Below are positions 36,939-47,269 of a stretch of DNA of 50,513 nt, piece by piece; within the stretch, counting starts at the first letter, position 1, and each line of letters starts with the position of its first letter. The position numbers and the translations under genes are program-made. The notes under the pieces are model-generated. The model searched no databases and was not told the origin of the DNA. It was given only the letters and a program-made list of their open reading frames with translations. Origin of the DNA: a virus. Its lineage: Duplodnaviria > Caudoviricetes. The DNA is taken from the IMG/VR virus record IMGVR_UViG_3300027773_000160, positions 1 to 50,513 of that record; one strand, 5' to 3'.

Positions 36939-39298
36939 CCTATATTCACAGCAACATCGTCAGCGCGGCGCGTGCGCGAAAGGCCGTGTTCGTCAAGCGA
37001 TCGCTGCGCCTTTCGACGCTTGCCCGCCGCGCGGGGCTTGACCCCAGGCGCGAGGCGGTCATTGCCCAGCTCAACGGCCGCTGGGTGCTGCAGCGCGACT
37101 GGCATGGCAAAATCTGCGCCCGATGCGACGTCGTCCACTTCATCGTCCTGCCGCAGGGCAATGCGCTGCGTTCGATCGCCCAGATCGCCGTGCTCGTGAT
37201 CGCCGCGATCGCCGCGCCGTTCCTCGTCGCGCCCCTCGGGCTTACCGGCGCCGCGCTAAGCGCGGCGACGGCCGTTGCGACCGGCGCGCTGGCCATCGCC
37301 GGGTCCTATGCCGTCAATGCGCTCATCCCGCTGCCGCGGCAGGACGCGCCCGGCATTTCCACGTTCAAGATCGACTCGCCGACCTATGCGTTCTCGATCG
37401 CGGCGCAGAACAACCAGGCCCGCCTCGGCGGCGCGATCCCCGAATGGTTCGGCCGCCATCGCGTCGTGCCCGATCTTGCCGCGACCGCCTGGTGGGAATG
37501 GTCGGGCGGCGTGCAGACGCTCTATCAGACCTTCTGCCTGAGCAAGGGCGAGATCGCCGTCGAGGACGTGCAGCTCGGCCGCACGAGCGCCTCGACCTTC
37601 GAGGACGTCGCCTATCAGGTGTTTTCCCCGAACACGCCGCCGAGCCTGTTCGAGCCGAACGTCTATCAGTCGCCCGACGTCTCCTCGGTGACGCTCAATG
37701 CGCCGAACGACCTTCCCGGCGCCTATGACGACGGCGTCTACGGCCCCTTCGCCGCCGTCCCCGCGGGGCAGACGAGCGCGCGCATCGGCATCGACATCGC
37801 ATTCCCGCGCGGGCTTTTCGGGGTAAGCGGCTCCTCTCTCGTCGCGAAATCCGCGCAATGGCGCATCGAGGCAAGCGTAATCGACGACCTCGGCACGCAG
37901 ATCGGCCCATGGTTCGTCGTCGCCAACGAGACCTTCAACGCCGATCCCGGAGCGACGAACACGTCGAGCCCCGAAAGCGGCATCGTCGGGCAGTTCATGG
38001 GCGGCGGCTATGCGGCCACGACCAAGATGAATTCGCCGCTTACGGTCTCCTACCGCTATACGCTTCCGCAGGCCGCCCGCTACCAGGTGCGGCTGCGCCG
38101 CCTCGACAACAAGGACCTCTCGGTCAACGCCGGCCACGAGGTCGTCTGGAGCGGGCTGCGGTCGTTCCTCGGCTATGCCGACTTCGGCGACGTCACCATT
38201 CTTCAGGTGCGCATCCGCGCAACCGCATCCGTCAACGCGCGCTCCGCGCGGCAGGTTGCCGTCATCGGCACGCGGAAGCTTCCCATGTGGGACGGCGCCG
38301 CATGGAGCGCGCCCGCACCGACGAGGTCCATCGCCTGGGCCGCAGCTTATGTCATCCGCTCGGAAAACGGCGGAAGGCAGGCCGACGCGGCCATCGATCT
38401 CGACTGGCTCCGACAATACGATCAGGTCTTTGCGGCGCGCGGCGATACGTTCAACTATTATGCGTCGGAGCAGCGGCCGCTCTGGGAATTCCTGCAGACG
38501 GTCCTGCGTTGCGGCCGCTCGGTCCCCTATCGGCAGGCAAACCGCATCCGCTTCTTCCGCGACGAGCCGCAGAGCATCCCCGTCGTCGGCTTCTCGCGGG
38601 AGAACATCGTGGCGCGCTCGCTGCGCATCGACTATCGCCTGCCGCAGTCCGAGGACGAATACGACGGCTTCGAGATCAGGTTCCTCGACGAGCGGACGTG
38701 GAACTTCAACACGCTGCGGAAGGCATTCGCAGGCTCCGCGCCGCCGCTCAACCCGCAGAGCCTGCCGCTCGACGGCGCAACCGACGTCAACCACGTGCGG
38801 CGCGAGCTCGACTACATGGTCGCCGAGCACAACCTGCGGCCGGTCATCCTTTCCTTCGACACCGAGCTCGAGGGTCTCATTCCTTCGCGCGGCGATCTCG
38901 TGATCGTCCAGCACGACGCCCCGAGATACGGGATTTCCAACAGGGTCCTCTCCTGGGACGCGTCGACCCGCACGGTCGAACTGCTGCGCCCGCCGGTATG
39001 GACCTTCGGCGCCGGCTGGCAGGCGCGCATCCGCGACCGCATGGGCCGATATTCCGCGCCGGTTGCGGTCGTAGAAGCGCCGAGCTCGACCGCCATCGTG
39101 CTTGCCCAGGACCCCGTCTACGAGGACGGCTCCCCATTCGATCTTGCGCAGCCGCAATCCGAGTTTCTGCACATCGTTCTCGGGCAGGCCGAGGATGCGC
39201 CGCGCCGCGCGCTCGTCCTCGAAACGAGCCCCCGCCAGAACGGCCGCGTGATCTCGATCCGCGCGGTCATCGATGACCCCAACGTGCACGTGAACTGA
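36929..39298 (+). CDS. Tail tip/host-specificity protein (gpI/gpJ-like)
   Basis: NQARLGGAIPEWFG, TRSIAWA and GDLVIVQHD motifs; gene order. Confidence 0.8.
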   Translation: MPVAYIHSNIVSAARARKAVFVKRSLRLSTLARRAGLDPRREAVIAQLNGRWVLQRDWHGKICARCDVVHFIVLPQGNALRSIAQIAVLVIAAIAAPFLVAPLGLTGAALSAATAVATGALAIAGSYAVNALIPLPRQDAPGISTFKIDSPTYAFSIAAQNNQARLGGAIPEWFGRHRVVPDLAATAWWEWSGGVQTLYQTFCLSKGEIAVEDVQLGRTSASTFEDVAYQVFSPNTPPSLFEPNVYQSPDVSSVTLNAPNDLPGAYDDGVYGPFAAVPAGQTSARIGIDIAFPRGLFGVSGSSLVAKSAQWRIEASVIDDLGTQIGPWFVVANETFNADPGATNTSSPESGIVGQFMGGGYAATTKMNSPLTVSYRYTLPQAARYQVRLRRLDNKDLSVNAGHEVVWSGLRSFLGYADFGDVTILQVRIRATASVNARSARQVAVIGTRKLPMWDGAAWSAPAPTRSIAWAAAYVIRSENGGRQADAAIDLDWLRQYDQVFAARGDTFNYYASEQRPLWEFLQTVLRCGRSVPYRQANRIRFFRDEPQSIPVVGFSRENIVARSLRIDYRLPQSEDEYDGFEIRFLDERTWNFNTLRKAFAGSAPPLNPQSLPLDGATDVNHVRRELDYMVAEHNLRPVILSFDTELEGLIPSRGDLVIVQHDAPRYGISNRVLSWDASTRTVELLRPPVWTFGAGWQARIRDRMGRYSAPVAVVEAPSSTAIVLAQDPVYEDGSPFDLAQPQSEFLHIVLGQAEDAPRRALVLETSPRQNGRVISIRAVIDDPNVHVN

Positions 39299-39301
39299 CC
39301 C

Positions 39302-42118
39302 ATGTCGCTCCTTGAAGACGTCGTCCAGGCGGCAAACGACATCAAGAACATCCGCGATGTCATCACCGCCGATGCCGACAAGCTCGTCGATCTCATCACC
39401 GGGCCTGCTTCCGGCCCCGCCTCCGCCGTCGATCTCGGCGGTTCCGCCGGCATCGTCAAGACGCCGGCGCGCGTGCTTGCCGAAACCGAGGAGACGCTCG
39501 CCTCCGGCATTCCCGCCGGCATCGCCTTCATCAGCGATTTCGACGGCGCTACCGATGATTCCGATCCCGGTTCCGGCAGATTCCGCTTCGGCCCTGCGTC
39601 CGGGCAGTCGAGCGCAACCATCATCCGCATCGATCTCGCCGATGCCTATGGCGGGGATATCGGCAACCTGCTCGACGAGTTCTCCCAATCGACCTCGGTC
39701 ATCAAGGGCCATGTGCGCATCGCCAAGCTCGGCGACCGGACCAGATGGCTCGTGTTCCGCGTCCTTTCGGTCGCCGCGGCAGCCGGGTACGTCAACGTCA
39801 GCGTGACCAATGTCGGCGCGTCCGGCGCGAACCCGTTCGTTGCCGGCGACCGCTGCCTGATCGCCTTCCGCGCAACGGGCGACAAGGGCAATGACGGGGC
39901 GGGCTCCGGCGACGTCGTTTCCGACGATACCGTCACCACCGTCGGCCGCGTTCTTGCGTATTCCTCGACGAACAAGCACGTGACCGGCAGGATGATCTCC
40001 GAGCTCATCGCCGGGGCGGCCTTCGGCCCGTGGTCCAACATCCCGCTTGCCGCAACGACGGACATCGGCGCCGCCAACACGATCTATGTCGCGATCGCCG
40101 CCGGCACCGGCCCGGTCACGTCCTTCGGAACGAGCAGGGATCAATGGTTCCGCATCGTGCGCGCCGACGTCGCCTTTACCGTGGTGCGCGATGCGACGAA
40201 CCTCGAAACGCCCAATCAGAACAATATTTCGCTTGCGCCCGGCGACATGATGATCGTCGCGCGCGACGCCACGCTTTCTTCCGGCAGGACGCGCGTGATC
40301 GCGGTGTTCCGCTCGGACGGGCGCGCCTATCGCGGCCCGAACAACGTGCCGGAGGATCTGTCTTTTTCCGGCATCGTCACCCCGCCGCAGATTCTTTCTT
40401 CACAGAACGACTACGCGCCGGCAGGCCTCGACAAGGCCTATATCTTCTGCCTTTCTTCGGACGCGTCCCGCACCATTACCGGCCTTGCCGGCGGCGCTTC
40501 CGGGCGCGAGGTCGTGCTCGAGAACGTCGGCGGCAATCCGATCGTGCTTGCCGATCAGGATGCGGGCTCGGCCGCCGCCAATCGTTTCGCGCTCGGCGCA
40601 AGCCTCACGATCGCTCCCGGCAAGAGCGTCACGCTTCTTTACGATGCCGCGATCTCGCGCTGGCGCCCCAAGTCCGTCGTGCTGCCGTTCGGCGCGCTCG
40701 CAACGCTCGACCGCATCACCACCATCGACCAGAACATCGCGCTTTCCGGCGACATCACGCCGCCAACCATCACGGCCAATCAGAACGACTACAACCCGGC
40801 GGGCCTGCCCACCGCCTCCGTTCTGCGGCTTGCGACCGATGCAACGCGCACCCTGACGGGTCTTGCCGGCGGCGCCGACGGCCGGCTCCTCTGCATCGTG
40901 AACGCCGGCAACAACGGCATCCTGCTTGCGAACGAGGATACCAACTCCGCGCCAGCCAACCGTTTCTCGATCGGCGCCAATCTCACGATCGCGGCCGGCC
41001 AGTCGGTCATGCTGCTCTATGACGCCGTCGCCGCGCGATGGCGCGCGCTCTCCGCCGGCGCCGCCGGCGGGGGCGGCGGAGGCCCTACCGTCTGGGGCGT
41101 GTTCAACGCGCGGCTTACGCCTGCAACCGGCGTGCCGGTCGTCAGAACCGCGGTTGCCGGCGCAACGCAGCTTTTCCTTACCGCCTACAACGGCGGGCAG
41201 ATCGGGCTTTACGACGGCAGCAGCTGGAACGTCCGCGCGCTCGGCTCGGACAAGTCGGTCCGGCTTACCGATACGCAGCTCTGCACGACGACGAACGGCA
41301 ACGCGACCGTCACCGTGACGGATTCCTCGCAGCTCATCGTCGGCATGGAGATCAGCGGCACCGGCGCGCCGACGGGCGCGACGATCGCCTCGATCGTCAA
41401 TCAGACGACCATCACCATGAGCGCCGCCGCCAATGCGTCCGGCACCAACAATCTCACCTTCAAGGTCCCCGCGAACACCGGCTTCGACGTCTACGTCAAG
41501 GACGTTGCCGGCGCGCCTAAACTGTTCATCGAGAAGCGGCCGGCCGTGTTCACCGCGCCGACCTTCGCTCTGCAGGACGGCGTCGCGGTCAAGAACGGCG
41601 ATCCGACCATGCGGCATGCCGGCGCGTTCATGAGCGCGAACACGTCGGGGACCATCGATTACATGATGTCTGGGCGCTACCGCTTCCCGATCTGGAACCG
41701 GTACAACCCCGTCCACCATCAGCACGTCGAGGCCTTCTCCGCAAGCGGCACGTGGTATCTCTCGCTCGCAACCCTGCACGTTCACAGCGACGTGGCCGGC
41801 GGGAGCGGCAGAACTGTGATCGGCGCGGATGGTTTTGGCAATCCGATAGTTACCAACGGCGGCAACGGCGGCCGCTCCTTCAAGCGCCTCGACGCATCGG
41901 CGCTGAGCGCTTCCGTGACCGTGACCGTCGGCGGGGCAGGCGGATCGTCGTCGTTCGGCACGTACCACTCCGCCACGGGCGGCACCAACGGAGTGAACGG
42001 TCAAGACGGTTCACACGGTTCCGGCTCCGGCGGCGACGTGAATTTCACCGGGCAAGGCGCGTCGGCAGGGCTTGGCGCCTCCGGCTGGGTGGTGGTCACG
42101 GAAGCCGTCGAGAGGTAG
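39302..42118 (+). CDS. Tail fibre protein with internal tandem repeat and Gly-rich C-terminus
   Basis: 938-aa Gly/Thr/Ala-rich ORF containing two ~105-aa repeats. Confidence 0.8.
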   Translation: MSLLEDVVQAANDIKNIRDVITADADKLVDLITGPASGPASAVDLGGSAGIVKTPARVLAETEETLASGIPAGIAFISDFDGATDDSDPGSGRFRFGPASGQSSATIIRIDLADAYGGDIGNLLDEFSQSTSVIKGHVRIAKLGDRTRWLVFRVLSVAAAAGYVNVSVTNVGASGANPFVAGDRCLIAFRATGDKGNDGAGSGDVVSDDTVTTVGRVLAYSSTNKHVTGRMISELIAGAAFGPWSNIPLAATTDIGAANTIYVAIAAGTGPVTSFGTSRDQWFRIVRADVAFTVVRDATNLETPNQNNISLAPGDMMIVARDATLSSGRTRVIAVFRSDGRAYRGPNNVPEDLSFSGIVTPPQILSSQNDYAPAGLDKAYIFCLSSDASRTITGLAGGASGREVVLENVGGNPIVLADQDAGSAAANRFALGASLTIAPGKSVTLLYDAAISRWRPKSVVLPFGALATLDRITTIDQNIALSGDITPPTITANQNDYNPAGLPTASVLRLATDATRTLTGLAGGADGRLLCIVNAGNNGILLANEDTNSAPANRFSIGANLTIAAGQSVMLLYDAVAARWRALSAGAAGGGGGGPTVWGVFNARLTPATGVPVVRTAVAGATQLFLTAYNGGQIGLYDGSSWNVRALGSDKSVRLTDTQLCTTTNGNATVTVTDSSQLIVGMEISGTGAPTGATIASIVNQTTITMSAAANASGTNNLTFKVPANTGFDVYVKDVAGAPKLFIEKRPAVFTAPTFALQDGVAVKNGDPTMRHAGAFMSANTSGTIDYMMSGRYRFPIWNRYNPVHHQHVEAFSASGTWYLSLATLHVHSDVAGGSGRTVIGADGFGNPIVTNGGNGGRSFKRLDASALSASVTVTVGGAGGSSSFGTYHSATGGTNGVNGQDGSHGSGSGGDVNFTGQGASAGLGASGWVVVTEAVER

Positions 42119-42121
42119 GCC

Positions 42122-42553
42122 ATGGATTGCGTGCGACTGGACGACAACGGCATCGTCGCCGAAATCTTCCCCGGCAGAAGCAAGAGCGATCTCGTCTTCC
42201 ATCCCGATCTCATGGCGCGGATCGTCGAGGTCGAAAGCAGCAGCGTTGCCCTCGGCGACCGCTTCGACGGCGCGCGCTTCGTCAAGCCTCTAGCCCCCGC
42301 GCCCTCCCCGGAAATCCCCGCCGACGTCTTCCTCGCCCGCCTTTCCGACGCCGAATATCTCGCCGTTCTCAAGGCGGCCGAAACGCGCCTTGCCGCGGGC
42401 GACGCCACCCTGATGCGATGGCTCGACGGCATGCGCATCAAGGGCTCCCTCGACCTTTCGGGCCGCCTTGCCGTCGAGGCCAAGGCCGCCCTCGTCGCGC
42501 TCGACGTCCTTTCCGCCGGGCGCGCCGAGGCCGTCTTCGCCCCGGCGTCCTGA
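42122..42553 (+). CDS. Putative tail fibre assembly protein
   Basis: Follows the fibre gene; small protein with an N-terminal beta-strand pattern. Confidence 0.6.
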   Translation: MDCVRLDDNGIVAEIFPGRSKSDLVFHPDLMARIVEVESSSVALGDRFDGARFVKPLAPAPSPEIPADVFLARLSDAEYLAVLKAAETRLAAGDATLMRWLDGMRIKGSLDLSGRLAVEAKAALVALDVLSAGRAEAVFAPAS

Positions 42554-42585
42554 ACGCTCTTCTTCACATCGCACGGAGCAGGACC

Positions 42586-43170
42586 ATGGCGCGCAGGCTT
42601 GCGCTCGCGTTCGCGTTTCTTCTCGTCTCGGGCCCGGCATGGCCGAACGGCCCCGAAGGCGGTCCGGACTCGATCATGACCCGCTCGGGATATGTCGAGC
42701 CCGGCGCCGTGCATCGCGCAGGCCCGCGCGGGGGTCGCGCGGTTCCGCGCATCGCAAGGCGGGCCGTCGCCGGCGCCGCCCTCGCGGCCGACCGCGGCGC
42801 GCGCCTTGCCTTCGGCGCAGGCCTCCGCGCCGTCGAGGAGGCCCGCCGCCATCTCGGCAAGACCGCCCGCGAGATCGGGCTTTCGCGCGCAACCCTCTGG
42901 TGCGGCACCTTCCTCGGCGAGGCGACGAGCCTGCCGCATCCGCGCAACTATCAGCTCGCCGCGGCCTGGGCGGGCATAGGCCGGCGCATCCGGGGCCCGC
43001 AGCCCGGCGCCATCGCCCTCGTGCGGCGCGGCGGGCACATCGGCCATGTCGGCCTCGTGACCGGCACGGATGCCAACGGCAATCCCGTCATCATCAGCGG
43101 CAATCACCAAAACCGCGTCGCCGAGGTCGCCTATCCGCGGCGCGCCGTCGTTGTCTATATCCTGCCCTGA
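42586..43170 (+). CDS. Secreted CHAP/NlpC-like peptidase
   Basis: Signal peptide plus LWCGTF, GHVGLV and ISGN (Cys-His) motifs. Confidence 0.7.
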   Translation: MARRLALAFAFLLVSGPAWPNGPEGGPDSIMTRSGYVEPGAVHRAGPRGGRAVPRIARRAVAGAALAADRGARLAFGAGLRAVEEARRHLGKTAREIGLSRATLWCGTFLGEATSLPHPRNYQLAAAWAGIGRRIRGPQPGAIALVRRGGHIGHVGLVTGTDANGNPVIISGNHQNRVAEVAYPRRAVVVYILP

Positions 43171-43190
43171 CGGGCGAACGAGGCCAGGAC

Positions 43191-43454
43191 ATGGACCTGC
43201 AATGGTGGATCACCGTCATCGGCGTTCCGCTCGTGGGCGCGCTCTTCTGGCTGCGCTTCCATGACCGGGAGACCGTCGACAAGGCGCTGCGCGAAATCAA
43301 GGACGAGATGTCCAACTACAAGCTGCTGGTCGCCACGAGCTTCGTCTCGGTCTCGAGCATGAAGGATCTCGAGGAGCGGATCATGATGCACCTCGAGAAG
43401 ATCGAGAAGAAGATCGACCGCGTCATTGAAGGCCGGCAGCCGCGCGGCATTTAG
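43191..43454 (+). CDS. Small single-TM coiled-coil lysis-region protein
   Basis: MDLQWWITVIGVPLVGALFWL hydrophobic segment; HLEKIEKKIDR coiled coil. Confidence 0.65.
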   Translation: MDLQWWITVIGVPLVGALFWLRFHDRETVDKALREIKDEMSNYKLLVATSFVSVSSMKDLEERIMMHLEKIEKKIDRVIEGRQPRGI

Positions 43455-43504
43455 GCGCCTGCCATGGCCGCCGTTCGGCGGCCGTTCGATTCCGGACCAT
43501 CCCC

Positions 43505-44320
43505 ATGGCGAAATGGACCTACGACGAGGCGCTCGGGCGCCTGCTCGCGCACGAGGGCGGATACACCAACCATCCGTCCGATCCCGGCGGGCCGACCAAG
43601 TACGGGATTACGATTTCCGACTATCGCCGCTACGCGAAGCCGAACGCGACCGCCGCCGACGTGCGCGCGATGACGGCCGGCGAGGCGAAGGCGATCTACC
43701 GCGCGCGCTATTGGGACGCGCTTGGCTGCGACGACCTGCCCGCCGGTGTCGATTACGCCGTCTTCGACTATGGCGTGAACTCGGGCATCGGCCGTGCCGG
43801 CAAGGTGCTGCGCCGCGTGCTCGGGCTTGCCGACGACACGCATGCCGTCAACGCCACCGTGCTCGGCGCGCTCGTCCGGCGCGACCCGAAGGCGGTCGTC
43901 AACGCGATCTGCGACGAGCGGCTCGCCTTCCTCAGGCGCCTCAAGACCTGGCCGGTGTTCGGCCGCGGCTGGGAGCGGCGCGTGTCCGAGGTCCGCGCGG
44001 CGAGCCTGCGCATGGCGGCCGGGCGCGCGCCCGGGCCCGCGCCGCAGGTCGAGATCGCGCCCGCCGCCGGCAAGGGCGAGGTGCCGGCGCCCGAAACGGC
44101 AAAGAAGGTCGCGGCCGGCGCCGGCGTGACCGGCCTCCTTGCCGCCGGCGGCGCCTTCCGCGACTGGGTTGCCGCGCATCCTTGGGAGGCTGCCGCGATC
44201 GGCTGCGGCGCGGTCCTCCTCGTCGTCGGGCCGCTCGTGATCGTCGAGCGCCGGCGCCGCCGCCGCCAGGAGGCGGCGGTTCCCGAAACGCCATTCGTTC
44301 CCGAACTCTCCGCTGCATAG
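43505..44320 (+). CDS. Endolysin, glycoside hydrolase family 108
   Basis: HEGGYTNHPSDPGGPTKYGIT, FDYGVNSG and FGRGWERR motifs; C-terminal hydrophobic segments. Confidence 0.9.
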   Translation: MAKWTYDEALGRLLAHEGGYTNHPSDPGGPTKYGITISDYRRYAKPNATAADVRAMTAGEAKAIYRARYWDALGCDDLPAGVDYAVFDYGVNSGIGRAGKVLRRVLGLADDTHAVNATVLGALVRRDPKAVVNAICDERLAFLRRLKTWPVFGRGWERRVSEVRAASLRMAAGRAPGPAPQVEIAPAAGKGEVPAPETAKKVAAGAGVTGLLAAGGAFRDWVAAHPWEAAAIGCGAVLLVVGPLVIVERRRRRRQEAAVPETPFVPELSAA

Positions 44321-44329
44321 GAGGCGATC

Positions 44330-44689
44330 ATGATCGTCCTGCTTGCGTTCGCCGCGCTCGTCGGCGCGGCGCTGGCCCATGTCCTTTTTCTGCGGCCCGC
44401 GCTCGAGCGGCGCGGCCTCGTCCGTCCGCTTCCGCCCGAGGTCGCGACATGGCGTGACCGCATCGCCGCCGCCGTGTCCCATTCCGCGACCATCGCCTGG
44501 GGCTGGCTCTGCATTTTCTTTGGCTCGGCCTGGGGTCTCGTTCAGCAGGCGGCGGACGCGCTCGGCGATCCCGAGATTAAGACGCAGGTCATGGCGCTGA
44601 TCCCGCCCGAATGGGCCTGGCTCGCCGTTATCGGCTTCGGCATCGTTACCATCATCGCGCGGCTGCGGACCGCCGGACGCACGGGGTAA
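44330..44689 (+). CDS. Membrane protein (holin-like)
   Basis: Three hydrophobic segments; AGGAGG RBS. Confidence 0.6.
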   Translation: MIVLLAFAALVGAALAHVLFLRPALERRGLVRPLPPEVATWRDRIAAAVSHSATIAWGWLCIFFGSAWGLVQQAADALGDPEIKTQVMALIPPEWAWLAVIGFGIVTIIARLRTAGRTG

Positions 44690-44693
44690 CATC

Positions 44694-45089
44694 GTGTGGT
44701 CATGGCTTGCCGGCCTCGTCGGCGGCCCGATCCTGAATGGGCTGCTTGATGCCTATCGCGCGAAGCTCGACGCGGCGAACACGCGCGACCGGCTCGCGGC
44801 CGACCTCGCGGCGAAGGAGATCGAGGCCGAGATCGACGCGCGCCGGCAGGCGAACGCGCTGATCATTGCCGAGCAGGGGCGATGGTACACCGCCGTTATC
44901 CGGCCCCTGCTCGCGCTGCCGGTGATCATCTATCTCTGGAAGGTGATCGTCTGGGACAAGGTGCTCGGGCTCGGCACGACGGATCCGCTCACGGGGACGG
45001 TGGCGGAATGGGCGGGGCTCATCGTTACCACCTACGTCGGCGGGCGGACGGTCGAGAAGGTGGCGCGTATCTTTGCGAGGCGGGTCTGA
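44694..45089 (+). CDS. Putative holin
   Basis: IRPLLALP...YVGGRTVEK motif with two TM segments. Confidence 0.65.
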   Translation: MWSWLAGLVGGPILNGLLDAYRAKLDAANTRDRLAADLAAKEIEAEIDARRQANALIIAEQGRWYTAVIRPLLALPVIIYLWKVIVWDKVLGLGTTDPLTGTVAEWAGLIVTTYVGGRTVEKVARIFARRV

Positions 45090-45101
45090 CGCGGTTGCGC
45101 G

Positions 45102-45338
45102 ATGCGCGCCATGCTGCTGCCGACGCTGCTTCCGATCCTGCCCGGCTGCGCGACGACGACGGCTTCCGTCGGGACTGACGCCGTCGCCTGCCCGGCGTTC
45201 GAGCCGATCCGGTGGTCGAAGCGGGATACGGAGGAAACGATCCGGCAAGTGAAAGAGCACAATGCGGCCTGGAAGACCGTCTGCCTCCAGCGTTCCGTGC
45301 GCCGCGACTCCGCGGGACCATCCAATCATTCACCCTGA
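45102..45338 (+). CDS. Putative o-spanin lipoprotein
   Basis: Lipobox LPGC; CPAFEPIRWS...HNAAWKTVC. Confidence 0.6.
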   Translation: MRAMLLPTLLPILPGCATTTASVGTDAVACPAFEPIRWSKRDTEETIRQVKEHNAAWKTVCLQRSVRRDSAGPSNHSP

Positions 45339-45531
45339 AAAAAGCGCTCCCAGTTCGATTCGGACCATGCAATCAGTGACCCGTAGGTGATTCGGAGTGT
45401 CGAGGCCGAAATCGGCCCTTACCTGTGCGTTCTCGGAAATTCCACAACAAACAGCCGTTTACCGTCGGCGGAACTCTATATATTGTATGTTGAGCTGCGG
45501 AGTTGTGAGCTGCATGAGCGATTGGGGGACT

Positions 45532-46590
45532 ATGTACAACGTCGTGATCGAGCCGGGGCCCAAGGCACGCCGATGGGCTTCCAGATCGATTTATGAGACG
45601 GAGCTGGGCGCAGCGTTTTGTGGCGACTCTCTCAAAGTGCTGCGGAGCAAGCGCCTTCAGCAACACCAAAAGGAAGTTCAGCTCGTCTTCACCTCTCCGC
45701 CGTTTCCGCTCAACACCAAGAAGAAGTATGGGAACCTTCAAGGGGAGGAATACATCGAATGGTTCTCGCAGTTCGCGCCGCTGTTCCGGGATTTCGTCGC
45801 CCCTAATGGTTCCATCGTTGTGGAAATCGGCAACGCGTGGGAACCGGGTCGCCCGGTAATGTCCACGCTCGTACTTCGGGCGCTCCTTCGGTTCCTCGAA
45901 GCAGGTAGACTCAATTTGTGTCAGGAGTTCATTTGGTACAACCCCGCTCGGTTACCTTCACCTGTGCAATGGGTGAACGTTGAGCGGATCAGGGTCAAGG
46001 ATGCGTTTACACGCATTTGGTGGATGTCGCCGTCCGATCGTCCAAAAGCCGATAATCGGCGAGTCCTTCGTGAATATAGCGCGAGCATGAAGAAGCTGAT
46101 TGAGACCGGAAAATACAATGCGGGTCCGCGGCCTTCTGAACATCACATTGGCAAGAGCAGTTTCAAGACAAACAACAACGGTGCGATTCCGCCAAATGTC
46201 CTCGATGCAGACGATGCACCATCCCTAAGCACCTTGCTAAAGGGTACCAACACGCACTCCAACGATCAGTATCAGTTGTTTTGCCGAGATCGTGGCATTC
46301 CCTTGCACCCAGCGCGAATGCCTGCAGATCTCGTCGAATTCTTCATCCGATTCTTGTCGGACGAGGGAGACCTAGTACTTGACCCATTTGCCGGCAGCAA
46401 TACGACCGGTGCGGTCGCTGAAAAGCTTGGCCGGCGATGGATATCATGCGAGGCAAATTGGGAATATGCGTCTTCTTCGATCGCACGCTTCACGCCCGAG
46501 CAAATTACGGAAACCTGTGACGACCTGCGAATTGCCGCGATTCCCACACGGAGTAGAAAACGCCTCGGGGCTACTTCCTCGTTCTCTTGA
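45532..46590 (+). CDS. Beta-class N4-C/N6-A DNA methyltransferase (start uncertain)
   Basis: FTSPPF precedes HPARMP and VLDPFAGS, the beta-class motif order. Confidence 0.9.
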   Translation: MYNVVIEPGPKARRWASRSIYETELGAAFCGDSLKVLRSKRLQQHQKEVQLVFTSPPFPLNTKKKYGNLQGEEYIEWFSQFAPLFRDFVAPNGSIVVEIGNAWEPGRPVMSTLVLRALLRFLEAGRLNLCQEFIWYNPARLPSPVQWVNVERIRVKDAFTRIWWMSPSDRPKADNRRVLREYSASMKKLIETGKYNAGPRPSEHHIGKSSFKTNNNGAIPPNVLDADDAPSLSTLLKGTNTHSNDQYQLFCRDRGIPLHPARMPADLVEFFIRFLSDEGDLVLDPFAGSNTTGAVAEKLGRRWISCEANWEYASSSIARFTPEQITETCDDLRIAAIPTRSRKRLGATSSFS

Positions 46591-47269
46591 TCGCCTCAAA
46601 TTGATTCGAAAATCGTTTCTCGATCGCTTCTAAGAAGTCGCGAAGCTTGAGGAGACTTTCCCTTGAAATCGCTTCCGCGCCACCGGAGACGCCGCGTCTG
46701 AAGCTGTCTGATCCGGTCTCATTCAGCCATGCGAGAGCGTTCTCTATCGCGGTTCGAGTTGCCTTTCGCCTATCCTCGACGTGCTGGGCATCGTTACTTG
46801 TGAGGCCAAGAAATGAAGCTGCTCCAAGCCACATGCGTGGCTCGTTAGGATCACTGCAGTACTTCCTAAAAACGGCATGGCGATAAAGGGGCGCGACAGC
46901 ATCATAGATTGGCTGCGGCGATCGATGGGACTTCTCACCCTGGCCTTTCATGCCACGGAGACGATCAGCCTCGGAACGACCTATATCGGTTAGGCGATAA
47001 TGATTTGCACGCGTCTTTTCGATCCACCCTCGTCTCAGGGGATTATCCTTCTTGGTGGAGCCCATAATCTCCATCATGACCCGCTTGTGGTCGGGATAGA
47101 GATCTTCATATCCCCGGCAACCAAAACGGTTCGGGTTGCGCTTCCAAGTCGAAACTGTGAGATCCCATTCGGTGAACTCCTTCATTCCGGCCTGATCGAG
47201 GTCACGAGCACCGAACAAAATCTCCTGAGCGGCGGTTAGCCGTTCATGCGACATCTTGGACAACAGCAC
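46571..47269 (-). CDS. Hypothetical protein with N-terminal winged-helix-like domain (start probably 47251)
   Basis: GWIEKTRANHYRLTDIGR wing motif; coupled to the upstream ATPase gene. Confidence 0.65.
   Translation of the reverse strand: MLLSKMSHERLTAAQEILFGARDLDQAGMKEFTEWDLTVSTWKRNPNRFGCRGYEDLYPDHKRVMMEIMGSTKKDNPLRRGWIEKTRANHYRLTDIGRSEADRLRGMKGQGEKSHRSPQPIYDAVAPLYRHAVFRKYCSDPNEPRMWLGAASFLGLTSNDAQHVEDRRKATRTAIENALAWLNETGSDSFRRGVSGGAEAISRESLLKLRDFLEAIEKRFSNQFEAIKRTRK

Noticed and set aside
37256-40144. 962-aa minus-strand ORF (likewise 21302-22942, 28197-29867 and 40400-42004)
   Set aside because: Antisense shadows of well-supported structural genes.
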